Positions 38,351 to 48,148 of a DNA stretch of 64,000 bases are shown here, in pieces. Both the position numbers and the translations under genes were made by a program. This stretch comes from Candidatus Mcinerneyibacterium aminivorans (GTDB taxonomy: Bacteria > Macinerneyibacteriota > Macinerneyibacteria > Macinerneyibacteriales > Macinerneyibacteriaceae). Numbering within the stretch: position 1 is the first letter of the stretch; every line of letters begins with the position of its first letter. Location of the stretch: assembly GCA_008086245.1 (NCBI GenBank), contig VSIX01000004.1, positions 6,988 through 70,987 on the forward strand. Reading direction: 5' to 3'. The notes beneath the pieces are model-generated. The model saw only the letters and a list, made by a program, of their open reading frames with translations, was not told where the DNA came from and ran no database searches.

Positions 38351-38379
38351 AGTTTAATAATATTATTAATAATTGTCAA
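38351..38379 (-). promoter_or_regulatory. Putative sigma-70 promoter of tRNA-Pro
   Basis: TTGACA-17 nt-TAAACT on the minus strand, ending 15 nt before the tRNA 5' end. Confidence 0.65.
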
Positions 38380-38386
38380 TAATATT

Positions 38387-39787
38387 TTAGTTGCCTGAAA
38401 AAACGTGGAATCCATTTTTTTTGTTTTTTTTGATTTTATACATCGCCTTATCGGCCTGAGTTAAAACTTCTCTTTTATTTTTGGCAAGATTGGGAAAATG
38501 GGATATCCCTATACTGAGTGTCAGCAGTGTGTTAATATTGTCTTCTTTTAAAAATTTATGATTTTTTAGTTTTTGAGCGATTGTTTTTGCAAAATCAGTT
38601 GCATCTTTTATCTTATCACCCTTTATAATAACAATAAATTCATCTCCTCCATACCTAAAACCGTATCCTTCTTTTGATAATATGTCGGATATAATATCTC
38701 CAAATTCAATTAAGGTTTTACTTCCATACTGATGCCCGTAATTGTCATTAATATCTTTAAAATCATCAATATCCATGAAAATTAAGGAGAAAGATGTATT
38801 GTTTCCAATATATTTGTTTATAATCTGATTTAGCTTTCTGAAGTTATACAGATCTGTTAAGTGATCTTTTAAAGAGATCTGATATACCTTTTCTAGCAAA
38901 TATGAGTTTTTAATAGCAATAGCTGCATTTTCTACCAGAATTTCCATTATGTTTAAATCTTCATGGTTGAAATGTCCCTCAGATTTTTTATTAACCACTT
39001 CCGCAACACCCAAAAGTTCATCTCTATAAATAATTGGTATGCAAATAACACTTTTTGTTTGGAAATTTGTTTTTTTGTCGAAATACTTATAAAATCGTTC
39101 ATCTTTTTCAACATTTTCAACTAAAACACTTTCCCGATTCCTTGCTGCCCATCCCACGATACCTTTATCCAGTTTCATTTCTTTACCTTTTAGTTGATTT
39201 GCTTTTTCACCGACCACATATTTAAATACGAGTTTATCTTTTTCTTTATCATAGGTTAAAAGGGACCAGGCTTCTGCATCAACAATTTCCCCCATGTTGG
39301 TCATAAGCTTTTTTAATATTTCATCGATATTTAGGGTGGAATTTATCATTTTTGCTGTCTGATTTAACAGTTTAAATTTGTAAATTTTATCCTTTAGTTT
39401 CTGTACCAGATAGCTGCTTTCCTGGAAAGAAAATTGGGATTCAAAATAACCTTCAATTGCCGAAATTAGCTTATCCTCTTCAAAGGGCCTGTTAAAATAA
39501 TATCTAATCCCAATTTTCATCATCTTTCTTAATATATCAACAGATATTTGATCTGAGATTACAATTACTGAAACATTCTGTTTTTTTATCTGTTTAATTA
39601 ATTCAAGTTCTTTTTGGTTTATTCTTTCCTTTTCAAAAATTATAACTTCTGGAAATTCCGGACTTATTGATTTAAGAAGCTTATCCTTTTTCTCGATTGA
39701 TTTATAGTCATATCCATGTTTGGATAGAAGCAAAGATAGAGTGTATTGATAATCGTTCTTTGAAAAAATTATAATCTTTTTATTCAT
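38387..39787 (-). CDS. Pseudo-receiver-GAF-GGDEF diguanylate cyclase
   Basis: REC-like N-terminus; GAF (GIVGWAARNRESVLVENVEKDERF); DIDDFKDINDNYGH and RYGGDEF. Confidence 0.9.
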   Translation of the reverse strand: MNKKIIIFSKNDYQYTLSLLLSKHGYDYKSIEKKDKLLKSISPEFPEVIIFEKERINQKELELIKQIKKQNVSVIVISDQISVDILRKMMKIGIRYYFNRPFEEDKLISAIEGYFESQFSFQESSYLVQKLKDKIYKFKLLNQTAKMINSTLNIDEILKKLMTNMGEIVDAEAWSLLTYDKEKDKLVFKYVVGEKANQLKGKEMKLDKGIVGWAARNRESVLVENVEKDERFYKYFDKKTNFQTKSVICIPIIYRDELLGVAEVVNKKSEGHFNHEDLNIMEILVENAAIAIKNSYLLEKVYQISLKDHLTDLYNFRKLNQIINKYIGNNTSFSLIFMDIDDFKDINDNYGHQYGSKTLIEFGDIISDILSKEGYGFRYGGDEFIVIIKGDKIKDATDFAKTIAQKLKNHKFLKEDNINTLLTLSIGISHFPNLAKNKREVLTQADKAMYKIKKNKKNGFHVFSGN

Positions 39788-39825
39788 ATAATTATTATAT
39801 GTTAAATATAGTATTTAGCAAGAGA

Positions 39826-40309
39826 TTATATTTCTACTAATTCATAATTCACTTTATTTTTGTCCAGAATTAATTTTATATAGGTATTTTTTTTTGCAAA
39901 TCTTTTTTCAGTTGGAGAACCGGGGTTTAAAATTAACTTGTTATCCTTTTCTATAGCAGCAGCTGAATGGGTGTGCCCAAAGATTAAAATATCCCATTTA
40001 TAATTTTCAAACTTCTTTTCAATTTTTTTATGGAGGTTTTTGGGGCTTCCCCATCCATGCATCAAAGCAAATTTTTTCCCCTCGATCTCAAAGGTTTTTT
40101 GGGGGGGGCAAAAACTCTTCCAGATTTTTCTTATCCATATTTCCAAGAACGGCATGAAGCTTTTTGTTATAATGAAGCAGTCTATCATAGAAATTTAAGC
40201 TTGTAAAATCACCGGCATGAATAATAATATCACATTTTTCTAAATCTTTTTTCAGCTTAGAAGGTAATTTTTTGCTGTGAGTATCTGAAATAATAATTAT
40301 TTTTTTCAT
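39826..40309 (-). pseudogene. YfcE-family metallophosphoesterase split by a +1 frameshift at a C8 tract (pseudogene, phase-variable locus or assembly error)
   Basis: N-half has SDTH, HAGD and GNMD; C-half has HG, GHTH and NPGS in a different frame. G8 run at 40101-40108; removing one base fuses the halves. Confidence 0.85.
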
Positions 40310-40326
40310 GAATTTTATATTAACTT

Positions 40327-40614
40327 TTACTGGTCGTTACCATTTACTCTCGTTTTAAATTTTGGAGAGGGTTTAAAGTATGGAACCTGCTTTCTGGGAA
40401 CCTTAATTTTTTCTCCTGTATGTGGATTTCTTGCAGTTCTTGCTTTGCGGGTTTTTGTTTTGAAAGTTCCAAAGCCTCTTAATTCAACACTGTCTTCATT
40501 TTCTACTGCTTTTTTAATTTCTTCCATTAAAAGGTTTATTATTTCTTTTGATTCCTGTTTTGTTAAACATTCATATTTTTCCCAAATTTTTTCTGTTAAA
40601 TCGTTTTTTGTCAT
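40327..40614 (-). CDS. HU/IHF-family DNA-binding protein
   Basis: MTKNDL...VELRGFGTF...ARTARNPHTGEKI.VP....PYFKPS. Confidence 0.95.
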   Translation of the reverse strand: MTKNDLTEKIWEKYECLTKQESKEIINLLMEEIKKAVENEDSVELRGFGTFKTKTRKARTARNPHTGEKIKVPRKQVPYFKPSPKFKTRVNGNDQ

Positions 40615-41383
40615 AAGCCCTCCTTACAATATATTATTATTTTGTTAGATAACAACAATTTAACAACTTGATAAAAATAATAACATATCAACCATATCTG
40701 TCAAGCACTTTATAAAAAAATTATATTACTAATACAACATATCTTTACTTTGTCATAGACTAGTTTATATTAAAATAAAATAGCAGTTTTTTTTAGGAAA
40801 AAGTTGTATAAAAAGAAAATTTCAACCAAATATTTTTCAGAATTTAAATTGATTATTAAAGTAAATTTATAACTTTGAGTATGAATTACAACAATATTGA
40901 TAAATTTAGTAAATTTTTAGAATTAATAGGAGATAACCTGTGGTGGGTGATTACATTTAAATTAATTGAACGAAGCTGATTCAAATTTATGTATCTAAAT
41001 AGCTCATAAAAATTGGTTATAAATAAGATAGAAAATTACTGAATTAAGAATGATTTAAAGAATTGGTTTTCAGAAAAGATTTAAAATATGGAAATTTTTA
41101 ATTGGGATATCGACCCGATGGAAATAAATATAACCCCGGAGTTCTCCAGCAGCGTTCAAGGGGTGAAATTTAAATCAAATTGTTGAAATTTTACAATATC
41201 CTGAATAAACTATCTGAATGAGTAATTGAATTTAGATTTTATTATCTATTCAGGGACCAATTTATCAGGAAGAGAAAAAATTAAATTTCAGAATGCTGCT
41301 TGCCGATTTCTTCTTATTTATCTATTGAAATTATGAAATGAATTAGTATAATCATAATATGTAATAATAAGTTGGGAGGGCGT

Positions 41384-42550
41384 ATGTCCTTTAAGGACTA
41401 TTCTTTTAAAAATTTAAAACAGTACAGTGAAAATATACTTACTGATGCAATAATGTACAATCAAATACCTATATCCAGCGAATCTACAGATTCTCAAAAG
41501 GAGTTCATTATAAACAGGTTAAACGAGTATGAGGTTCCAAAGATAGAGAGGGATGAGGCAGGTAATATTTTTGTTGAGTATTTTCAGTCGAAGAATTTAG
41601 CTAAAGATACTATTTTGATTTTAACTCCTATTAAATATAAAAAGATATCCCGCCATGAGCGGTTTGTTAGACTGGATAGTAGTAAAGCCTATGGAAAGGG
41701 ATTGATAGAAAATTCCCTAAAGGTTTCTGTTATCTTAAATCTTATAAATTATCTTTTCAATGAAAACCATAATTTGAATTATAATATAACCTTTCTTTTT
41801 ACCGATATTTCGGATATAGAACAGAATTTTAGAAGTTTAAATTATTACCTTGAGAATACGGATAGTAACATTTTATTTGCCATTGATATTGACAGTACCT
41901 CCCTTGGGGATATCGGCTCAAAATCACTAGGGAAATATAGGTATAAAATAAAAGTAAAAACAGAACAAATAGATTTGATTAATATATGCGAAGCCCCAAA
42001 TAAATTATCTGCCATGGATATATTAACCGAAATAGGGGCAAGGCTTAAAATTATTGGATGGCCCGAAGAATCCTGTACTTTTATAAACATAATTGATATT
42101 TCATCTGATTCAAAGGAAGAAGTCATTTCTGATGAAGGAGTTATGAAAATAGAATTGTTAAGTCGAAAGAGCCAGTACCTTGAGTATGAAAATCAGATAT
42201 TAAATTCAACAGTTAAAAAGCTCTCAAGGGAGCTTAATACTGATATTGATCTTGAGTTAATCGGATATTCGCCTGCTAATTATATTATGGAGAAGAGCCC
42301 TTTGATAGATATAATTCTGGAGGTTCATGAGGAACTGGATATAAAATCAAAATTTAGAGTTATTAGAGATGAAGCGGCCGTTCTTCTTCAGACAGATATA
42401 CCAACTGTTTCACTGGGGATAACAAATGGAAAACTAACAGTAAACGAAGAATATATAGAGAAAGAACCGATAACAAAGGGTATCATACAACTTTTTTTGA
42501 TTATAGAAAAAGGTGCAAATTATTTTAAAAAGAAAGAGGAAGATGATTAG
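41384..42550 (+). CDS. M20/peptidase-T-fold protein with degenerate metal-binding motifs
   Basis: ERDEAGNIF start and overall layout of M20 proteins, but the positions expected for HxD, D and EE read TPIK, ENSL and ISDI. ATG at 41384 after gggagg. Confidence 0.6.
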   Translation: MSFKDYSFKNLKQYSENILTDAIMYNQIPISSESTDSQKEFIINRLNEYEVPKIERDEAGNIFVEYFQSKNLAKDTILILTPIKYKKISRHERFVRLDSSKAYGKGLIENSLKVSVILNLINYLFNENHNLNYNITFLFTDISDIEQNFRSLNYYLENTDSNILFAIDIDSTSLGDIGSKSLGKYRYKIKVKTEQIDLINICEAPNKLSAMDILTEIGARLKIIGWPEESCTFINIIDISSDSKEEVISDEGVMKIELLSRKSQYLEYENQILNSTVKKLSRELNTDIDLELIGYSPANYIMEKSPLIDIILEVHEELDIKSKFRVIRDEAAVLLQTDIPTVSLGITNGKLTVNEEYIEKEPITKGIIQLFLIIEKGANYFKKKEEDD

Positions 42551-43511
42551 TAATAAAATATTAGAGAATACATATCACCATCTGCAATTTAGTGATTTCA
42601 AGAGGCTGGTAGAATTAAAACAAAAACAGGAACTTAAAATTTCTATGGCTCTACCTACACTGAATGAAGAAAAAACGATTGCCAAGGAAGTTCTTATTAT
42701 TAAAAATGAGTTAATGGACAGGTTTCCCCTTCTTGATGAAATTGTAGTAATAGATTCCGGTTCGGAGGATAATACGAGGGAGCTTGCTGCAGAATATGGG
42801 GCAACTGTTTTTTCCTCGGAAAAGATACTCCCCAGGTATGGATTTTATAAGGGTAAAGGCGAAAATTTATGGAAAAGTTTATACGTTCTAAAGGGTGATA
42901 TTATAGTTTGGATTGATGCGGATATTGATAATATTCATCCCAAATTTGTATATGGTTTAGTCGGAGCCCTGCTGATGAATCCGGGTTTGTCATATGTCAA
43001 ATCTTTTTATGAAAGACCTATCACCGGCAAAAAATCTTTTCAGCCTTCAGGAGGAGGGAGAGTAACCGAAATTCAAACAAGACCCATGTTTTCAGCTTTT
43101 TATCCAGAGCTTGCAACTGTAATTCAACCATTGAGTGGTGAATATGCCGGTAGGAGAGAGATACTTGAAAATCTTTCTTTTTCTGTTGGGTATGGTGTGG
43201 AAACAGCACATCTTATAGATATTTTTGAAAATTACGGAATTGATAAAATCGGTCAGGTTGATCTGGATATGAGAATACATAGAAATCAATCCATTCAAGC
43301 ATTGAGTAAAATGTCGTTTGCTCTTTTAAAAACTGCTTTGAGAAGACTTGAAAAATACGGAAAACTAAAATTGAATAAAGATATGGGGAAAGATCATGTA
43401 AGTATTGAATATAGAGAAAAGAAACATCATATTAAAAAAACAGAAATAGAGCAGGTTGAAAGACCTCCCATGGTCAAAATTCCTGAATACTGCAAGAAAT
43501 TCAATAAATAA
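42543..43511 (+). CDS. gpgS: Glucosyl-3-phosphoglycerate synthase (GT81-like)
   Basis: LPTLNEEKTI, IDSGSED, GKGENLWKSL, WIDADI, GGGRVTE, QPLSGEYAGRR, GYGVET and RIHRNQ motifs. Confidence 0.88.
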   Translation: MISNKILENTYHHLQFSDFKRLVELKQKQELKISMALPTLNEEKTIAKEVLIIKNELMDRFPLLDEIVVIDSGSEDNTRELAAEYGATVFSSEKILPRYGFYKGKGENLWKSLYVLKGDIIVWIDADIDNIHPKFVYGLVGALLMNPGLSYVKSFYERPITGKKSFQPSGGGRVTEIQTRPMFSAFYPELATVIQPLSGEYAGRREILENLSFSVGYGVETAHLIDIFENYGIDKIGQVDLDMRIHRNQSIQALSKMSFALLKTALRRLEKYGKLKLNKDMGKDHVSIEYREKKHHIKKTEIEQVERPPMVKIPEYCKKFNK

Positions 43512-43515
43512 AATT

Positions 43516-45006
43516 ATGAAAGAAATATATTTTTTTCATTATCATTTTTTGACTGGCGGAGTAAATACAGTTGTAAAAAAATTAATAGAAATTCTAAAAA
43601 ACAGATATAAAATCACGATTTTTACATCGTTGGAGATGGGAATAGAAGGAATTCAGAATCAACTCAAATATGAAAATGTTGAGGTTAATGATTTTCCCGA
43701 AATCAGATATATATATCCTGAAAATATTGATAAAGATAAATTTAATAAATTAAAAAATAAAATATTGGCCAGATTGAAAAAAAATCATAAAGAAAATGCT
43801 TTGTACTGGGTCCATAATTATCATCTGGGGAAAAATCCTGCATTTACTTCAGCTTTTATAAATTTTATAAAAAAAGAGGGTGTGAAAACAATACTGCAGA
43901 TTCATGATTTTCCGGAATGTGCCAGATGGGTTAATTATAAATTTTTAGATAAATATGTTGATCATACACTATATCCCTTATCCAATAATATTGTCTATTC
44001 CACAATTAACAAAAGGGATTTTGAAAGGCTTAGAGATGCTGGTGTTCCCGAAAAAAATCTGTTTTATTTGCCTAACTCAGTATCTCTGGATCGGGAAAAT
44101 ATTAATAAAAAGCAGAAGAAAAATATTAGAAGAGAAATTTTTGATAAATTGAAGGAATTAATAAAAATTAAGGAAAATGAATATTTGTTTTTGTATCCTA
44201 CAAGAACCATAAGAAGAAAAAATATTCTTGAAGCAATTTTGGTAAATAGATTATTTAATAAAAGAAGCAATTTGATTGTTACTTTAGGAGCTAATTCCAA
44301 AAAAGAAAGAAAATATGAAGAAACTGTAAAAAAAGTTTTTAACAATGAAAAAATAAAGGGAGTATGGGCGATTTCAAAGCATTTTCCGGATTTGTTCCCA
44401 AAGCTAATGAAGGGAAGCGACCTGTTAATTACAACATCCCTTCTTGAAGGATTTGGTCTTATGTATCTTGAATCTAAAATAAATAAACAAAATTTTTTTT
44501 CCAGAAAAATAAATATTTTAGAAGATTTTGAAAACATTGAAGAAGAAAGTTATTATACAGGAATTAAAGTTTACAATAAAAAGAAAGATTTTTTGGTTGA
44601 TAGGTACGAAAGTAAGATTGATTCATTAAAACTTAAGAAAAAATATAAAAAAATATTGCTACAAAAAGTAAGGGAAAAAATAAATAAGCGTATAATAGAT
44701 TATTCATACCTTGATGTTGATTCACAAAAGGATATATGCTTAAAGAAGAATATAAACGAAATTAAAAAGCTAAATAAAGGTGTAAGTTCAAAAATGCTCA
44801 AATTAACAGAAAATTATAAAAAACAGGGGATAAATTTGGATTTTTTTTCTTTTGAAAAATATAGAAAAAGGGTGAAAAAACTGGTAAAAGAAGTTGAAAA
44901 AGAAAATAATTTAAATTATGATAACAATCAGAAAAAAAAGATTGATGAAAAAGTCATGAAAAGTTTCTTAAAAATTAAATATATAAGATTAATATTTGAT
45001 TATTAA
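43516..45006 (+). CDS. GT4-like (GT-B fold) glycosyltransferase
   Basis: HYHFLTGGVNTV, HNYHLGKN, LYPTRTIRRKNI and EGFGLMYLE motifs. Confidence 0.8.
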   Translation: MKEIYFFHYHFLTGGVNTVVKKLIEILKNRYKITIFTSLEMGIEGIQNQLKYENVEVNDFPEIRYIYPENIDKDKFNKLKNKILARLKKNHKENALYWVHNYHLGKNPAFTSAFINFIKKEGVKTILQIHDFPECARWVNYKFLDKYVDHTLYPLSNNIVYSTINKRDFERLRDAGVPEKNLFYLPNSVSLDRENINKKQKKNIRREIFDKLKELIKIKENEYLFLYPTRTIRRKNILEAILVNRLFNKRSNLIVTLGANSKKERKYEETVKKVFNNEKIKGVWAISKHFPDLFPKLMKGSDLLITTSLLEGFGLMYLESKINKQNFFSRKINILEDFENIEEESYYTGIKVYNKKKDFLVDRYESKIDSLKLKKKYKKILLQKVREKINKRIIDYSYLDVDSQKDICLKKNINEIKKLNKGVSSKMLKLTENYKKQGINLDFFSFEKYRKRVKKLVKEVEKENNLNYDNNQKKKIDEKVMKSFLKIKYIRLIFDY

Positions 45007-45019
45007 AGGAGGTAGTTAT

Positions 45020-46273
45020 TTGAAATTAAATATAGGTTTTGTAGGAACCAGGTTTGCTGGATTGGATGGGGTGTCACTCGAAGCCAAAAAATGGGATGAT
45101 GTGCTGCAGAAATTGGGACATAAAACTTTTTGGTTTGCAGGGAAACTGGATACTCCTTCTGAAAAAAGCTATATATGCGAAAAAGCCTTTTTTAAGGACC
45201 CTGAAATAAAAGAAATAAATAACGAATTAAAAAATAAAAAAACCAGGAAGCCAAGTGTCACCAAAAAGATTATGGATATAAAGCAGCTTCTAAAGGTTAG
45301 ATTAAATATATTTCTGGATAAATTTGATATAGATTTAATGATTGTTGAAAATGCTTTAAGTATTCCAATGAATGTTCCTTTGGGGCTTGCAATAACGGAA
45401 GTTATAGCAGAAAGGGGAGTTCCGACCATAGGACACCATCATGACTTTGCCTGGGAAAGAAATAGATATCTTTTAAATGCTTTTGAAGATTATCTGTCCA
45501 TGGCATTTCCACCTAACTTACCGTTTATTGAGCATGTTGTTATTAATAGTATCGCGCAGCAGCAGCTTGCGGCAAGAAGAGGGCTCTCTTCCACTCTTCT
45601 TCCAAATGTAATTAATTTTGAAAGAGAGCAACAGCTGGAAAAAGATAAAAAAGAGAATTTCAAAAAAGATTTTGGTTTTGCTAATTCGGATATTATATTT
45701 TTACAACCTACCAGAATTGTTGCAAGAAAAGGTATAGAACATTCCATTGATTTAGTTAGAAGGTTGGAGAATGACAATATTAAACTTGTAATTACACATT
45801 CTTCATCTGATGAAGGACTTGATTATTATAACTGGATTATTGATTATGCTAAAAGGGAAGGAATCGATGTTTACTATATAAATAATAAGTTGCATCAGCC
45901 CGACAAATACAGAGAAAGCTGGGAGCGAATATATACACTTTGGGATGTTTATCCTTTTGCAGATTTTGTCACCTACCCATCTTCCTTTGAGGGGTTTGGA
46001 AATGCTTTTTTGGAAGCAGTTATGTTTAAAAAACCGCTTCTTGTCAATAGATACAGTATATATATAAAAGATATCGAACCAAAAGGATTTAAAACTGTAA
46101 CAATGGATGATTATTTATCTGATAAAAATATTGAAGAAGTAGAGAAGGTATTAAAGAATGATGAATATAGAGAAGATATGGTTAAAACCAATTATAAAAT
46201 TGCAAAAAGATACTTTTCCTATGATGTTTTGGAATTTAATTTGAAAAAGTTAATTAAAACTATTTTTGGGTGA
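45020..46273 (+). CDS. GT4 glycosyltransferase, MggA (mannosylglucosyl-3-phosphoglycerate synthase)-like
   Basis: DGVSLEAKKW..VL.KLGH, HHHDFAWER, QPTRIVARKGIEH and EGFGNAFLEA motifs. TTG at 45020 after aaggagg. Confidence 0.75.
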   Translation: MKLNIGFVGTRFAGLDGVSLEAKKWDDVLQKLGHKTFWFAGKLDTPSEKSYICEKAFFKDPEIKEINNELKNKKTRKPSVTKKIMDIKQLLKVRLNIFLDKFDIDLMIVENALSIPMNVPLGLAITEVIAERGVPTIGHHHDFAWERNRYLLNAFEDYLSMAFPPNLPFIEHVVINSIAQQQLAARRGLSSTLLPNVINFEREQQLEKDKKENFKKDFGFANSDIIFLQPTRIVARKGIEHSIDLVRRLENDNIKLVITHSSSDEGLDYYNWIIDYAKREGIDVYYINNKLHQPDKYRESWERIYTLWDVYPFADFVTYPSSFEGFGNAFLEAVMFKKPLLVNRYSIYIKDIEPKGFKTVTMDDYLSDKNIEEVEKVLKNDEYREDMVKTNYKIAKRYFSYDVLEFNLKKLIKTIFG

Positions 46274-47037
46274 TTGGATTGATAGAAGCTGTAATCTGGG
46301 ATCTTTATGGGACATTATTTATTTCAGAAAGGGGCAATAAGGTTGAGGATCCAGGTCATCATGATGTTTTAGAGAAGGGGTTTAAAGCGATAAATAAAAG
46401 ATATAAGGTTAATATTGATCCAGTGGAGGGCAGTAAGCATTATAAAAATTTAGAAAAAAAACTTCATGATAAAAATATAAAAAATAAGGATTATGATATT
46501 AATCATCCTGAACTTGATATTAGAAACTTATGGAAAATTTTTTTTGACACTTATTTAAACCGAAAAATTACTGATGATAAGGCCGAAGAAATATCAGCGT
46601 TTTTTGAAAAAACCATAAATCCTGTTTATCTTCCTAAGGAAAATGAGAATTTACTGGTATATCTTAAAAATAATAATATTAAACAGGGTATTTTATCTAA
46701 TTCTCAATTTTATTCTCTCGAGCTCCTTGAAGATGAGATTGAAAATATCGGGGAATATTTTGATAAAGATTTAATGGTATTATCCTTTAGAGAAGAAGTT
46801 GGGAAACCTGATAATAAAATATATAAGGTTCTCAAAAAAAAGCTTAGAAAGAAGAAAATCAAACCTAAAAACTGTATAATGGTTGGGAATGATGTAAAAA
46901 ATGATATTGAACCTTTAAAAAAAATGGGTTTTAAAACAATTTTGATTTCAACTAACAATCAGTACAGTGAATATGCTGATTATATTGTAAATAAACCAAG
47001 ACAGATGTATGAAATCTTTGAGAATTTGATAAAATAA
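46270..47037 (+). CDS. HAD-superfamily hydrolase (candidate glycosyl-phosphoglycerate phosphatase)
   Basis: WDLYGTLF, ILSNSQFYS, GKPD and MVGNDVKNDI motifs; GTGA overlap with the upstream stop. Confidence 0.85.
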   Translation: MIGLIEAVIWDLYGTLFISERGNKVEDPGHHDVLEKGFKAINKRYKVNIDPVEGSKHYKNLEKKLHDKNIKNKDYDINHPELDIRNLWKIFFDTYLNRKITDDKAEEISAFFEKTINPVYLPKENENLLVYLKNNNIKQGILSNSQFYSLELLEDEIENIGEYFDKDLMVLSFREEVGKPDNKIYKVLKKKLRKKKIKPKNCIMVGNDVKNDIEPLKKMGFKTILISTNNQYSEYADYIVNKPRQMYEIFENLIK

Positions 47038-47099
47038 AACTGAATTTATTTTGATATTTAAATTTTATTTGGAAACTTAAAAAAGAAAATAGGTAATAA

Positions 47100-48032
47100 A
47101 TGGTATTGTTTATATTTGTTGATGGATTGGGAATTAATTATAGAAAAGAAAATAATCCTCTGTTTGATGAAAAATTAAAATTTCTTAATAAAGTTATTTT
47201 TGAAGACTCAGTACCTTTAAATGCAAAAATGGGTGTTGAGGGAATCCCACAGAGCGCTACAGGACAGGCATCCATTTTTACAGGAAAAAATTGTGCTAAA
47301 ATTCTGGGTTATCATAAAGAGGGATTTCCAAATGAAAGGCTCAAAAAGATTCTTAAAAAAGAATCAATTTTTCAATTTCTAAAGGGGAAAAACCTGAAAA
47401 GCACCTTTGCTAATGGTTTTATAGTTGATGATAAAGAATTTTTGGATAATTCCAGGTTTGTTTCTGCTACAACCTATATGACTCTTTCATCCCTGGGAAT
47501 TGTAAGGGGATTATCAAAATTAAATGAAAATAAAGCTGTATATCAGGATATTACAAATGAAACACTCATCACCAGGGATAAAATGGAAAAGAGATATGAA
47601 AAATTATTTCCCAGGATTAAAGATTATTTGGATTTTAATCAATTAAATAGTTTAAAAAAAATCTCTCCCCAAAAAGCAGCTAGGAATTTGCTTAATATTG
47701 CAGATGAGTATGATTTTACACTTTTTGAATATTTTTTAACTGATAAGGCAGGGCATCTTGGAGATTACAGCAGGGCTAATAAAGTATTGTTAAAATTTCA
47801 GGAATTATTTTATACCCTTCTAGAAGAAATGGATTTTAATAGTGATAGCTTAATTATGATATCAGATCATGGCAATATAGAGGATTTATCAATATCAAAA
47901 CATACATTTAACAGGGTTCCGTTTTATATAAAGGGCAAAAATCAAAAGATGTTTTCTAAGGCAGAATATATTTATGATATTATAAAAATCTTCAAGGCAA
48001 ACATTCATAAATTTTATAATTTGCAGCTTTAA
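47100..48032 (+). CDS. Alkaline-phosphatase-superfamily metalloenzyme (phosphoglycerate mutase/phosphopentomutase-like)
   Basis: FVDGLG, PQSATGQASIFTG, TDKAGH, SDHGNIED and HTFNRVP motifs. Confidence 0.85.
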   Translation: MVLFIFVDGLGINYRKENNPLFDEKLKFLNKVIFEDSVPLNAKMGVEGIPQSATGQASIFTGKNCAKILGYHKEGFPNERLKKILKKESIFQFLKGKNLKSTFANGFIVDDKEFLDNSRFVSATTYMTLSSLGIVRGLSKLNENKAVYQDITNETLITRDKMEKRYEKLFPRIKDYLDFNQLNSLKKISPQKAARNLLNIADEYDFTLFEYFLTDKAGHLGDYSRANKVLLKFQELFYTLLEEMDFNSDSLIMISDHGNIEDLSISKHTFNRVPFYIKGKNQKMFSKAEYIYDIIKIFKANIHKFYNLQL

Positions 48033-48148
48033 GTTTAACTCAATTAATACTACTTTTAGTTATTAGTTCACTTATTAATAAAAAGCTTGAAAAACCTAAC
48101 TATTTAAATATAATTTATAATAACTATTTAGTTCAGATTGGAGGCTGT

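Noticed and set aside
38124-38357. 77-aa plus-strand ORF
   Set aside because: It is the antisense shadow of the DUF896 gene and tRNA-Pro; IGVRGFEPPT is the typical translation of a reverse-complemented tRNA.
40615-41383. Replication origin
   Set aside because: It is AT-rich and beside an HU/IHF gene, but no clear TTATCCACA boxes were found (only the partial GATAACCTGTGG near 40932), and dnaA, dnaN and gidA are absent from the window.
48057-48073. TAGTTAT-TAGTTCA mini-array as a separate repeat feature
   Set aside because: It has only two units, and an 11-nt match to 21533 is plausible by chance in AT-rich DNA. It is kept only as a supporting hint for the repeat-family finding.
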